This document shows positions 1-9,967 of a DNA stretch of 64,000 nucleotides, piece by piece. Under the pieces are notes generated by a model. The model ran no database searches, was not told the origin of the DNA, and worked only from the letters and a program-made list of their open reading frames with translations. The stretch covers positions 413,046 to 477,045 of the forward strand of contig JAQUPP010000001.1 of assembly GCA_028716665.1 (NCBI GenBank). Direction: 5' to 3'. The translations under genes and the position numbers were made by a program. Positions within the stretch are counted from its first letter, which is position 1. The number at the start of each line of letters is the position of its first letter. The stretch is from Patescibacteria group bacterium. GTDB taxonomy: Bacteria; Patescibacteriota; Patescibacteriia; UBA2591; JAQUPP01.

Positions 1-2
1 GA

Positions 3-224
3 TTGGGAAAATCTTCCACCAGCGCTATTTCCGATGGTTTTGTTCATGCTTGGACAGCTATTTGTGATAGTAATATTACAACCCTAATTATTTGTTTTAT
101 TCTTTATCAATTAGGTTCAGGCACAGTAAGAGGATTTGGTTTAACTTTGGGCATAGGTATTTTAATCAGTATGTTCACGGCCATTACTGTTACCAGAACA
201 TTCTTAAAATTAGTAACTAAATAA
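3..224 (+). CDS. secD: protein translocase subunit SecD, C-terminal end (gene starts upstream of window)
   Basis: Last membrane helices with an SecD-like C-terminus, directly followed by secF. Confidence 0.5.
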   Translation: MGKSSTSAISDGFVHAWTAICDSNITTLIICFILYQLGSGTVRGFGLTLGIGILISMFTAITVTRTFLKLVTK

Positions 225-231
225 ATTATAT

Positions 232-1119
232 ATGTATAACATTATTGGTCATCGTAAAATTTTCTTTATTATTTCTGGCGTTATTTGCGGTTGTTCAATT
301 TTAGCTTTGATTTTTTGGGGTCTTAAGCCCGGTATTGATTTTACCGGCGGCTCATTAATGGAGATTAAATATTCAACAAACAAACCGGTAAATTCTGAAA
401 TTGTTCAGCAATTATCTCCTCTTAATTTGGGAGAAATTAATATTCAAACCATAGGACAAAATAGTTTTGTTTTAAGATTTAAAGAAATTAATGAGGACAC
501 GCATCAGGCTGTTTTAAGGGCATTAGGCAATAACGCGGAAGAATCTAAATTTGAATCCATTGGTCCGATTATTGGCGGAGAGTTGGTGAGAAAATCTCAA
601 TGGGCTATTATTTTAGCTTTAATGGCAATGTTTCTTTATATTGCTTGGGCTTTTAGAAAGTTGGCTAATTTCTCCCGTCAGGGCGAATATTGGAGATATA
701 GTAGTGGGGCTATAGTTGCTTTGCTGCATAATGTTTTAGTAATGTGTGGTTTTTTTGCTGTTTGGAGTCATTTTAAAGGAGTGGAAATTAATGCTAATTT
801 TATTACCGCTATTTTAACTGTTTTGGGTTATTCTATTAATGATACAATTGTGGTTTTTGACAGAATCAGAGAAAATGTTTTGCTTTATGGCACTCGCAGC
901 ATGGAAGAAACAATCAACAAGAGCATCAATGAAATAATCGTTCGATCTTTAAATACGGGCATGGCTGTAATTTTAGCCTTGATTGCGATTTATTTATTCG
1001 GTGGAGTTTCTCTTCAGGATTTTGCCATTGCAATGATCATCGGTATTAGTGTCGGAACTTATAGCTCCATTGCCATTGCCAGCCCATTTTTACTTTTATT
1101 TAGGAAATCCGCAAAATAA
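232..1119 (+). CDS. secF: protein translocase subunit SecF
   Basis: 295 aa multi-TM protein with the SecF periplasmic region and conserved C-terminal helices (INDTIVVFDRIRE). Confidence 0.75.
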   Translation: MYNIIGHRKIFFIISGVICGCSILALIFWGLKPGIDFTGGSLMEIKYSTNKPVNSEIVQQLSPLNLGEINIQTIGQNSFVLRFKEINEDTHQAVLRALGNNAEESKFESIGPIIGGELVRKSQWAIILALMAMFLYIAWAFRKLANFSRQGEYWRYSSGAIVALLHNVLVMCGFFAVWSHFKGVEINANFITAILTVLGYSINDTIVVFDRIRENVLLYGTRSMEETINKSINEIIVRSLNTGMAVILALIAIYLFGGVSLQDFAIAMIIGISVGTYSSIAIASPFLLLFRKSAK

Positions 1120-1137
1120 TTTTTTAAGAATTTTGGT

Positions 1138-2223
1138 ATGCGCGTAGCTTTGATTCATGATTTTTTAACTCAATATGGAGGCGCGGAAAAAGTTCTGGAA
1201 GTGTTCCATGAAATTTGGCCCGAAGCGCCGGTTTTTACTTTGCTCTATGACAAAGATACGATGGGCAAGCATTTCAAAGATTATGATATTAAAGTTTCAC
1301 CCATTCAAAATTTGCCTTTCGGCGTTAAAAAATACAGATGGTATCTTCCGTTAATGCAGGCGGCGATTGAAAGATTTAATTTGAATAATTTTGATTTGGT
1401 TATTTCCAATACTTCGGCATATTCCAAGGGAGTGATTACCAAACCTCATACCCGTTTTATCTGTTATTGTTTGACTCCAACTCGTTATTTATGGTCAGAT
1501 ACTTATGAATATCTTGAAGGCTTGACCGGAGCAGAGCGATTGGTGAAAAAATTTTTGCCTTCAATATTGACTGATTTGAGAAAATGGGATTTTATTGCCG
1601 CGCAAAGACCGGATTTCATGATCGCTATTTCAAAATTTGTCGCTCAGAGAATTCAAAAATATTATCGCCGTCAACCGGAAACGATAATTTACCCCCCGGT
1701 TGATACGGATAAATTTCATATCTCAAATGAAATAGGCGATTACTTTTTAATGGTTTCGCGATTCAGACCTTATAAAAAAGTTGATTTGGTTATTCAGACT
1801 TTTAATAAATTAAAAATACCTTTAAAACTTATCGGTATTGGCGAAGACAAAGCAATGAGAAAAATCGCCGGTCCGAATATAGAATTTTTGGGTTTTGTTT
1901 CAGAGAAAGAAAAAGCTCATTATTTATCACATTGCAAAGCGTTTATTCATCCACAAGAAGAAGATTTCGGTATTACGGTTGTTGAAGCAATGGCCAGCGG
2001 TCGACCCGTAATCGCTTATAAAGCGGGTGGCGCACTTGAAACCGTGATTGAAGGAGAAACCGGAGAATTTTTTGACGAGCAGAATTGGGAAAATTTAGCC
2101 GAAACCATTATTAAATTCAAACCGGAAAATTATAATCCGGAAAAAATCCGTTCTCATGCTTTGAAATTTAACAAAGAAAGATTTAAAAAAGAATTTTTAG
2201 AATTTATCAATTCCCATGTTTAA
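1138..2223 (+). CDS. glycosyltransferase family 1 (GT4-like)
   Basis: C-terminal EDFGITVVEAMASGRPVIA motif typical of GT4 retaining glycosyltransferases. Confidence 0.6.
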   Translation: MRVALIHDFLTQYGGAEKVLEVFHEIWPEAPVFTLLYDKDTMGKHFKDYDIKVSPIQNLPFGVKKYRWYLPLMQAAIERFNLNNFDLVISNTSAYSKGVITKPHTRFICYCLTPTRYLWSDTYEYLEGLTGAERLVKKFLPSILTDLRKWDFIAAQRPDFMIAISKFVAQRIQKYYRRQPETIIYPPVDTDKFHISNEIGDYFLMVSRFRPYKKVDLVIQTFNKLKIPLKLIGIGEDKAMRKIAGPNIEFLGFVSEKEKAHYLSHCKAFIHPQEEDFGITVVEAMASGRPVIAYKAGGALETVIEGETGEFFDEQNWENLAETIIKFKPENYNPEKIRSHALKFNKERFKKEFLEFINSHV

Positions 2224-3796
2224 AAGATTTTTTAAATTGGAATCAACCGTTGCCGGCGGAGCAATAATTATTGCTCTTTTTTCTATTTTGAGCCGCTTGC
2301 TCGGGCTCTTGAGAGATCGTTTATTAAGCGCTCATTTTGGCGCCGGTAAAATTCTGGACGCTTATTATGCCGCTTTCAGATTGCCGGATTTGGTTTTTAA
2401 TACTTTGGTTTTAGGAGCGCTCTCGGTTGCTTTTATTCCGGTTTTTTTGGAATATTTTGCCAAAGATAAAAAAGAGGCCTTTAAAGTTGCCAATTCCTTA
2501 TTAAATATTTTATTGACAGCCATTTTATTTTTAGTGGTTGTCTTTTTTATTTTTGCTCCCGTTTTGACTAAATTAATGGTGCCGGGTTTTGATTTGGAGA
2601 CCAGATTATTAACCATTAAATTGACAAGAATAATGCTGATTAGTATTTTATTTTTTACAATCAGCAATATCGCCGGCAGTATTTTAAATTCTTTCAAAAA
2701 ATGGTTAGCTTACAGTTTGGCATCAATAATGTATAATTTGGGAATTATTTTCGGTATTGTATTTTTGGTGAAAAAAATGGGATTTGTCGGTTTGGCTTGG
2801 GGCGTGGTTCTGGGCGCGTTTTTACATCTTTTAATTCAAATTCCAAGTCTTTTTAAAACCGGTTATCGGCCACAATTTATTTTCAATTGGCGACATCCGG
2901 CTGTTAAAAAAATCAGTGTTTTAATGTTGCCTCGTTGTTTTGCTTTGGGGATCAGGCAATTTAATTTGATTGCCACCACTTTTATTGCTTCTTCAATTGC
3001 CGTTGGCGCGGTGGCTGTTTACAATTTGGCTTTTAATTTGGTCAGTTTTCCAATCGGTATTTTTGGCGTTTCTTTGGCCTTGGCTGTTTTTCCGGTTTTA
3101 AGCCAAAGTTTTATTGACGGAGATAAAGCTCTTTTTACCCATCAAATTTCTAAAACAATAAGAAGAATTTTATATTTGATAATTCCCGCTACGGCCTTGT
3201 TTATTATTTTAAAAACTCAAATAGTCAGATTGATTTTAGGAACAGGCGCTTTTTCTCAGCAAGACATTATTTTAACCGCTCAAGCTTTGGCTTGGTTTTC
3301 AATTTCTTTATTTTCTGAAAGTTTAATTCCGGTTTTTGCCAGAGCTTTTTATGCCATTCAAGATACGAAAACTCCGACCATTATTGCCGCAGTCAGTTTT
3401 GTGATAAATATTATCGGTTGCATTATTTTTGGACACTTGATGAAAATCAGCGGTTTGGCATTGGCTTTTTCAATTTCTTCCGTTATAAATATCGGCTTGC
3501 TTTATTTTTATCTTAATAAAAAAATCGGCGATTTCGGAAAAAAAGAAATATTTTTATCATTTGGACGAATTATTTTTGTTTCTCTGGCTATGGCGAGTTT
3601 TGTCCAGATTATAAGTCATAAGATGGCATTACTGCTAAATCTACAAACTTTTACCGGCGTTTTAATTCAAAGTACTTGCGCTTTGATCGGCGGTATTTTA
3701 TTTTATTTGATTATTACTTTTATTTTGCAATTTCCGGAAGTGGAAATTGTTCATCAATTTGTTGTTAGAAAATTTAAGTTTCGTTCTAAAAATTAA
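2216..3796 (+). CDS. murJ: lipid II flippase MurJ (MviN family)
   Basis: 526 aa with about 14 TM helices and MurJ/MviN-like architecture and N-terminal region. Confidence 0.7.
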   Translation: MFKRFFKLESTVAGGAIIIALFSILSRLLGLLRDRLLSAHFGAGKILDAYYAAFRLPDLVFNTLVLGALSVAFIPVFLEYFAKDKKEAFKVANSLLNILLTAILFLVVVFFIFAPVLTKLMVPGFDLETRLLTIKLTRIMLISILFFTISNIAGSILNSFKKWLAYSLASIMYNLGIIFGIVFLVKKMGFVGLAWGVVLGAFLHLLIQIPSLFKTGYRPQFIFNWRHPAVKKISVLMLPRCFALGIRQFNLIATTFIASSIAVGAVAVYNLAFNLVSFPIGIFGVSLALAVFPVLSQSFIDGDKALFTHQISKTIRRILYLIIPATALFIILKTQIVRLILGTGAFSQQDIILTAQALAWFSISLFSESLIPVFARAFYAIQDTKTPTIIAAVSFVINIIGCIIFGHLMKISGLALAFSISSVINIGLLYFYLNKKIGDFGKKEIFLSFGRIIFVSLAMASFVQIISHKMALLLNLQTFTGVLIQSTCALIGGILFYLIITFILQFPEVEIVHQFVVRKFKFRSKN

Positions 3797-3797
3797 T

Positions 3798-5615
3798 ATG
3801 GAAACAAAACGGGTGCGCAATTTTTGCATTATCAGTCACGTAGATCACGGCAAATCAACTTTAGCCGATCGTTTTTTGGAATTTACTAATACAATCACCA
3901 AAGACAAAATGAAGCCCCAATATTTGGATTTGATGCCGCTGGAGAGAGAACGAGGCATAACCATTAAGCTTCAGCCCGTAACCATGAAATATTCTTATCA
4001 GGGAGAGGTTTATACTTTTAATTTGATTGATACACCCGGCCATGTTGATTTTTCTTATGAAGTTTCGCGTTCTTTAGCCGCGGTTGAAGGAGCGATTCTG
4101 TTGGTTGATATAAGTCAGGGGATTCAAGCTCAAACTTTGGCAAATCTTCATTTGGCCAAGAAACAAGGATTAACCATTATTCCGGTTGTTAATAAAATTG
4201 ATTTGCCTAATTTTGACTTGGAAGCTGTGAAAGAAGAATTGGCGAATCTTTTAAATATTGATAAATCTGAAATTATTTGCATTTCCGCCAAAAAAGGAAT
4301 CGGCATAGAAAAAGTTTTGGAAGCGGTGATAAAAAAAGTTCCTGAGCCGAAAGATGAATCAAAACAATCTTTTCAAGCTCTTATTTTTGATTCTCATTTT
4401 GACGAATATAAGGGAGTGCTTTTGCATGTCAGAGTGTTTAAAGGAGTTATTAAAATAGATAATAGAATTAAATTATTGGGTAGTGGAGTGATTTTTCCGA
4501 CCCTGGAAGTTGGTATTTTCAGTCCAAGTCTAAAAAAACAGGATAAACTTGAAGCGGGCGACATCGGTTACATAGTGACCGGTCTTAAAGAAATTGAAAA
4601 ATGTCGGGTCGGTGATACGGCCGCTTGTTTTCCATCCCAGATAACCGCGCTTGAAGGTTATAAAGAACCGCAACCAATGGTTTTTGCCAGTATTTATCCA
4701 AAAGAAGGAACCAAAAAAGAATTATTGCGCCAAGCTTTAAGCAAATTAAAATTAAATGATGCCAGTTTGACTTTTGAGCCGATCGGCTCAGTGGCTGATC
4801 AATCTGTCTTTGGAATGGGATTCAGGGTCGGTTTTCTCGGACTTTTGCATTTGGATATTGTAAAAGAAAGATTAAAAAGAGAATATGGACTTGATTTGGT
4901 TATCACTTCGCCGAGCGTATCTTATAATATAAAATTAAAAACAGGAAAAAGTAAACTTATTTATTCACCGACGGAATTTCCAGATCCGAGTCAGGTTGAT
5001 AAAATCGAAGAACCATGGGTTAAGATTGATATTGTCACGCCGATTACCTATATCGGTTCAATTATGGAATTGTTAAGAGGATATTTGGGGATTTTCTTGT
5101 CATTGGAATATATTTCCGGCGAAAAATATGGGAAATTTCAGAGGGCCGTTCTTCATTACGAAATGCCATTAGCTTTGCTTTTGGTTGATTTTTACGACAA
5201 ACTTAAAAGTATAACCAGCGGTTATACTTCTTACAGTTATGATTTTATGGGCTATCGGCCGACCGATGTGGTTAAACTGGACATATTGGTTGCCGGCGAC
5301 GTAATAGAGCAATTATCCAGCATTGTTTATAGAGATTGGGCTCTTCGTTCAGGCCGCAGAATTGTCGGATCCTTGAAAGAAATTCTGCCGCGTCAGCTTT
5401 TCGAAGTTAAACTTCAAGCCGCGGTTGGCGGAAAAATTTTAGCCTCGGAAAAAATATCACCTCTTCGTAAAGACGTGACGGCGAAATTATACGGAGGCGA
5501 CGTGACCCGCAAAAATAAATTATTGGATAAGCAAAAAAAAGGAAAACAAAAAATGGCGCGCTTGGGAAAAGTTGATATTCCACCAGAAGCATACTTGGCT
5601 ATCATAAAAAAATAG
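3798..5615 (+). CDS. lepA: elongation factor 4 (LepA)
   Basis: HVDHGKST G1, DTPGHVDF G3 and NKID G4 motifs plus the LepA C-terminal domain. Start placed at the internal METKRV Met of the track ORF. Confidence 0.9.
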   Translation: METKRVRNFCIISHVDHGKSTLADRFLEFTNTITKDKMKPQYLDLMPLERERGITIKLQPVTMKYSYQGEVYTFNLIDTPGHVDFSYEVSRSLAAVEGAILLVDISQGIQAQTLANLHLAKKQGLTIIPVVNKIDLPNFDLEAVKEELANLLNIDKSEIICISAKKGIGIEKVLEAVIKKVPEPKDESKQSFQALIFDSHFDEYKGVLLHVRVFKGVIKIDNRIKLLGSGVIFPTLEVGIFSPSLKKQDKLEAGDIGYIVTGLKEIEKCRVGDTAACFPSQITALEGYKEPQPMVFASIYPKEGTKKELLRQALSKLKLNDASLTFEPIGSVADQSVFGMGFRVGFLGLLHLDIVKERLKREYGLDLVITSPSVSYNIKLKTGKSKLIYSPTEFPDPSQVDKIEEPWVKIDIVTPITYIGSIMELLRGYLGIFLSLEYISGEKYGKFQRAVLHYEMPLALLLVDFYDKLKSITSGYTSYSYDFMGYRPTDVVKLDILVAGDVIEQLSSIVYRDWALRSGRRIVGSLKEILPRQLFEVKLQAAVGGKILASEKISPLRKDVTAKLYGGDVTRKNKLLDKQKKGKQKMARLGKVDIPPEAYLAIIKK

Positions 5616-5619
5616 ATTT

Positions 5620-6024
5620 ATGATAAAGAAGAAATCAAATTTTAGAAAAATAATTGCTTCCAGAAGTTTGTTTTATTTATTGATATTAGTTTTAATTTTC
5701 AGTTTGATAACGGCGATCCAAGAAATAAATCAGCAGATAAAATTGAAAAAAGAACTTTCAAAATTGGAAGCCCAAAATTCTTTATTGGAAAAAGAGAATA
5801 AAGAAGCCATTGATAAAATAGAGAAAATGCAAACTGATTATTTTCAAGAAAAAGTCGCTCGTGAAAAATTAGGCTTGCAAAAACCGGGAGAGCAGGTAGT
5901 GGTTATAACTTCTCAAAATACTCAAACTGACCAGACAGCAAAATCAATCAACAAAAGTTTTAATGAAAAAATATCTAATTTGAAAAACTGGTTTAATTAT
6001 TTTTTCCCAAATTCTTCCCGCTAA
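5620..6024 (+). CDS. septum formation initiator FtsB/DivIC family
   Basis: N-terminal TM, coiled coil, and the AREKLGLQKPGEQVV signature of the FtsB family. Confidence 0.6.
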   Translation: MIKKKSNFRKIIASRSLFYLLILVLIFSLITAIQEINQQIKLKKELSKLEAQNSLLEKENKEAIDKIEKMQTDYFQEKVAREKLGLQKPGEQVVVITSQNTQTDQTAKSINKSFNEKISNLKNWFNYFFPNSSR

Positions 6025-6235
6025 AAGCGGGACTAGAATTTGGAGAACCCTCACACCAAACTTAACATTAAACTTTTTATTTTAAACTAATAAAGCCGTA
6101 GGCGTTTCGCTCTACGGCTTTATTAGTTTGGATAATATAACGATGAGTTTGGTGTGCGGGGTTTAAATAAAAGTATTATAAATAATAAAATCGGAAGTTA
6201 AACTTCCGATTTTATTATTTTCTAAATTACTGATT

Positions 6236-7591
6236 TTAGTAAAGGTATCCCCAGGTTTGCAATTTGTCCGAATCTTCAGACCATTTTGATCCGATATCAA
6301 CCCGATAAAACATATTGGGCACCATAATATTTTTAATTCTTGAATAAACTTGTTCTCTGGCGTCGTCCATGGTTGTGCCGGAACCGGTAACAACCAACAA
6401 GCATCCTGAATCACCGGCAACTCGCCAAGCGCCCTCTGTCATTTTAACATCTTCTATATGAATGCCGTCCAAGTTGTCTGGTTTTTTGAAAAGTATCGGT
6501 AAGTCTTTATAAGTTTCAATTACTGATTTATCACTGGTAAAATAAGTTGGAAGCATAATTCTTGTTCCAATTTGAAATCCTTTTTTTGTTTTTAATTCAA
6601 AATTTTCTCCTTTGGCCAGTTTTTCCAGCCATTCGCCGGTTGGAGTGGTTATTCCCTCCAATTGAATTTGAAGGATTGGATAACCGAAGCGAGATGTAAA
6701 TTCAAGGGGATAAATACCTCGTCCATTAACTATACAATTTAAATCAATATAACCGCGATAACCGGATTGCGCCAAGGCGGGTTTCATTTTTTCCAAAGTT
6801 GCTTCAAAAATGGGATTGGTTTTAGCCCAAAATACAGCTGTACCCATTTCTCCGGTAAAAGGACCAAGGTCTCCGGGGAATAATCTTTTGTGTTCAAAAT
6901 TGACAATAACCGGTTTAATGAATTCTTGACCGTTGAAAAATGCTCCTACGGCAATTTCTACACCGGAGACGCATTTTTGAAGTTGGAAGACCGGTGCTTT
7001 TTTTTGCCAAACTTCTTTATTTTTTTCAAGCAAAGCTAAAATGTCGCGGCCATCATCCTCTTGTCCTAAAAATAACAATCCCTTGCCGCCGGACGGAGTA
7101 TTACCGGAAGGTTTAAAAACATAAAGGCCGGGATTGGTTTTAATAAAATTAATTGCCTCGTCATAATTTGAAAAATTATAATGAGGCAGAATGTTAATTC
7201 CGTATTTTTTTAATTCTGTTTGTCCGAATTCGCGATCTATTTCCAATTGATCAGTGTAAACAGAGCCGCCGATAACAGGTTTTCCGGCTTGGCGCAATTT
7301 TTCCGCATCAGGTCCGAATTCCACGTCGTCGAAAATAACAACATCGCACCAATCTACATATTTTTTCCAATCATCAATTTTTTCTACGAATCCGTCATAA
7401 GCATCTGCATCTGATTTGGCTTTAATATAGCATTTAACTTCATGTCCTTCTTTTTTTATTTGCCAAGCCAAATCGCCGCTTAAACTTTCCAATGAAATGA
7501 AAAGAAATTTTAATTTTTTCTTTTCTTGACTTCCATTAGTTTCGGAGATTTTTTCAGAACTGTTATTTTGTTTTTTTATTTCTTCTGTCAT
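6236..7591 (-). CDS. purD: phosphoribosylamine--glycine ligase-like ATP-grasp protein (PurD homologue)
   Basis: ATP-grasp core with HKRLFPGDLGPFTGEMG and NCRFGYP-like motifs alignable to PurD. N-terminus is divergent. Confidence 0.5.
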   Translation of the reverse strand: MTEEIKKQNNSSEKISETNGSQEKKKLKFLFISLESLSGDLAWQIKKEGHEVKCYIKAKSDADAYDGFVEKIDDWKKYVDWCDVVIFDDVEFGPDAEKLRQAGKPVIGGSVYTDQLEIDREFGQTELKKYGINILPHYNFSNYDEAINFIKTNPGLYVFKPSGNTPSGGKGLLFLGQEDDGRDILALLEKNKEVWQKKAPVFQLQKCVSGVEIAVGAFFNGQEFIKPVIVNFEHKRLFPGDLGPFTGEMGTAVFWAKTNPIFEATLEKMKPALAQSGYRGYIDLNCIVNGRGIYPLEFTSRFGYPILQIQLEGITTPTGEWLEKLAKGENFELKTKKGFQIGTRIMLPTYFTSDKSVIETYKDLPILFKKPDNLDGIHIEDVKMTEGAWRVAGDSGCLLVVTGSGTTMDDAREQVYSRIKNIMVPNMFYRVDIGSKWSEDSDKLQTWGYLY

Positions 7592-7668
7592 AATATTTTT
7601 AATTGTAAATCTTTTTTAACTATTCGTCAAAATTTTTTATGTGGATAAGTATGAAAAATTTTATTTAA

Positions 7669-7826
7669 CTTGACCCCATCACATTGGAAATTATAAAAAT
7701 TACTGTCTTTCGTTTTTTATATACATGTTAATTTCTAATCTGAATTGGATATTTATTTTAATTTTTACTTTTTAAATCGTAATTTTCAAGAAAGACAATA
7801 ATTTCCTTGTGATGGGGTTGACAAAT
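7669..7826. repeat. MITE-like inverted-repeat element E1 with promoter-bearing right arm (GGGGTTGACA)
   Basis: About 35-bp terminal inverted repeats TTGACCCCATCACA...TGTGATGGGGTTGACA, with inner IR TACTGTCTTTCG/GAAAGACAATAA. Confidence 0.6.
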
Positions 7827-7875
7827 TGAATTTTTTTGCTAACCTTTAAATATAAGATAAAAATAATTTAAACAT

Positions 7876-9024
7876 ATGTTTAAAGAGAAAATATTTTCTG
7901 AAAATCAAACAGAGAAAGAATCAGAAATTTTATTTTTGGGAAAAATTGAAGTTGCTAAAAAATCTTTAGAAAATTCTTTAAAATTAAAACCGGAAGAAAA
8001 AGTTTTATTTCTCAAGGATGAGAAAACCAATCTCGAAGTAGCTTCAATCTTAGAAAAAGCAGTTAGCGAGATAGGTTCTGAATTTCAAGAAATTTTATTG
8101 GATAAACAAACCAGAAGAGAAGAGATAAAAGAACTGCTTAAAAAATTCAAAGTTGTGATTGATGTATCTGAGAAAATGTACCCGGCTATTGATAATCTTT
8201 CAGACAAAGACATTGTAGAATATGGCAACCGCCTTTTGACCATTTTGGATCTGGGGGTTGATGCTTTTAAAAAAGATGGAGCATTAGATGAAAATTTAGA
8301 TGATTTAGAGTATAGGCTTAACAAAATGGAGGCGGTTTTGAAAGATGCCAGAGGTTTTAAGATTACTTCAAATTACGGGACAAATTTAGAAGTAGGATTG
8401 CGTCCATCTCATGAAAGACGGTGGTTTAAAGACGGGGGAGTTTTGGATAAACCTGGTCAATGGGGTAACTTTGTGGGTGGAGAAATTTTCACTACACCCG
8501 ACGAGAGAACAGTGAATGGAATTTTAATTTTACCTGTTTTAGAATCAATTATTACCTCGGATCAAGGAGTTGACGAGTTTGTTAAGATTAATATTAAAAA
8601 TGGATTAATTGCTTCTATCGAAGGCGGTAAATCAGCCGAAAAATTGAAGTCTGATTTAAAAGAGGATATGCAAGATGAGGTTAAAGAGAGCGGTAAACCG
8701 TTAAATGTTTTAAGAGTGGCGGAAATTGCATTTGGAGCAAACAGTAAGGCTCGGAGCACTGTTTCTGACCCCGAACAACCTTATGATTTTCCGGGTGTTT
8801 CAATAATTGAAGCGGAAAAAAGATTTGGAACAATGCATCTTGCTTTTGGTGATTCTAAGCATGGAGAGAAGGGTACTGAAGGATTTGAGACGGCTACTTC
8901 GCATTATGATTTTGTTATTCCAAGAAATGGTTTAACGGTTGAAATGTTTACCAGAGAAGAAGATTGGAAAAAGAAAAATAATGGTAAAAAAATAATTTCA
9001 AACGGCGGTTTAAATTTTTTCTAA
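7876..9024 (+). CDS. putative aminopeptidase (M29 / AmpS-like)
   Basis: Weak resemblance to thermophilic metalloprotease family (HLAFG-like motif, overall size). Uncertain. Confidence 0.3.
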   Translation: MFKEKIFSENQTEKESEILFLGKIEVAKKSLENSLKLKPEEKVLFLKDEKTNLEVASILEKAVSEIGSEFQEILLDKQTRREEIKELLKKFKVVIDVSEKMYPAIDNLSDKDIVEYGNRLLTILDLGVDAFKKDGALDENLDDLEYRLNKMEAVLKDARGFKITSNYGTNLEVGLRPSHERRWFKDGGVLDKPGQWGNFVGGEIFTTPDERTVNGILILPVLESIITSDQGVDEFVKINIKNGLIASIEGGKSAEKLKSDLKEDMQDEVKESGKPLNVLRVAEIAFGANSKARSTVSDPEQPYDFPGVSIIEAEKRFGTMHLAFGDSKHGEKGTEGFETATSHYDFVIPRNGLTVEMFTREEDWKKKNNGKKIISNGGLNFF

Positions 9025-9180
9025 AATAAAAAGTATTGACAAATTTTTATTTTTTTGTTATTATCAAGCGAGTGAGAGAAATGAAAATAATAGATTTTCA
9101 TTTCCGATCCGCCAGTTGGCGGAGCAGATATCAAATGGTTTAATAACCTTTATTATAAAATTAAATAAAAAGGAGGTGAA

Positions 9181-9351
9181 ATGAGTAAGAAAAAGGCAGG
9201 ATCGTCAGGGGGCGACAAAAGGATAAAGGAGTTGAATTATTTTCGCCGCAATCTGGTTAAGGGCGATATTAATCTGCGAAAGACTGATATCTCAAGACCT
9301 GTAAAACGGACATTGCAAAATTATTCACGCAGAAACGGATATTCAAAATAA
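9181..9351 (+). CDS. small basic protein, 56 aa, not in ORF track
   Basis: ATG 7 nt after AAAGGAGGTGAA, a TTGACA-N17-TATTAT promoter about 120 nt upstream, and a GTGCCCCGTATAAAACGGGGCAC-T-rich terminator after the stop. Confidence 0.35.
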   Translation: MSKKKAGSSGGDKRIKELNYFRRNLVKGDINLRKTDISRPVKRTLQNYSRRNGYSK

Positions 9352-9439
9352 TGTGATTGTGCCCCGTATAAAACGGGGCACTTTTTATATAATCAACTTG
9401 TCTACAAACTGATTATCTGATATAATAATTTTAATTGAT

Positions 9440-9967
9440 ATGGACTATTTTTTATTGATAAAAATTAATCATTTGGCCGGCGAGTGGATTGCATTTGATC
9501 AATTTGGCATTATTTGCGCTGATGGGTTGATTTTCTTTATCCCCCTGATTATTCTTTTGGTTTATTATTTATCACCCAGAAGAAAAGAAATCAGTTTAAT
9601 GGTTTTAAAAATAGTCGGAACTATCGCTTGCGGGCTCTTGATAAATAATTTTATTGGTTTATTTTGGCATCGTTTCCGTCCTTTTGTGGACCATAGAGAG
9701 GTTTTTCAGTTGATTAAATTTTTAGCCAGCCCGGAAGATTATTCTTTCCCGTCATATCACACGACTATCAGTTTTATCATGGCTCTGACCGTATTTAAAG
9801 ATTGGAAAAAATTCGGCATAATTTTATTGGTTTTAGCTTTATTGGTTGGCATTAGTAGAATTTTTGTCGGTGTTCATTGGCCAACTGATATTTTAGGAGG
9901 CATTATATCAGCAATTTTAAGCGTATTTATCACTCAAGCTATTTTTAAAAAATTATGGAAACTCTAA
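9440..9967 (+). CDS. PAP2 family phosphatase (undecaprenyl-diphosphatase-like)
   Basis: PSYHT and GVHWPTD motifs of type-2 phosphatidic acid phosphatases; membrane protein. Confidence 0.7.
   Translation: MDYFLLIKINHLAGEWIAFDQFGIICADGLIFFIPLIILLVYYLSPRRKEISLMVLKIVGTIACGLLINNFIGLFWHRFRPFVDHREVFQLIKFLASPEDYSFPSYHTTISFIMALTVFKDWKKFGIILLVLALLVGISRIFVGVHWPTDILGGIISAILSVFITQAIFKKLWKL

Noticed and set aside
2365-2697. 110-aa minus-strand ORF inside murJ
   Set aside because: Antisense to a well-supported membrane-protein gene; Lys/Asn-rich translation typical of an AT-rich antisense frame.
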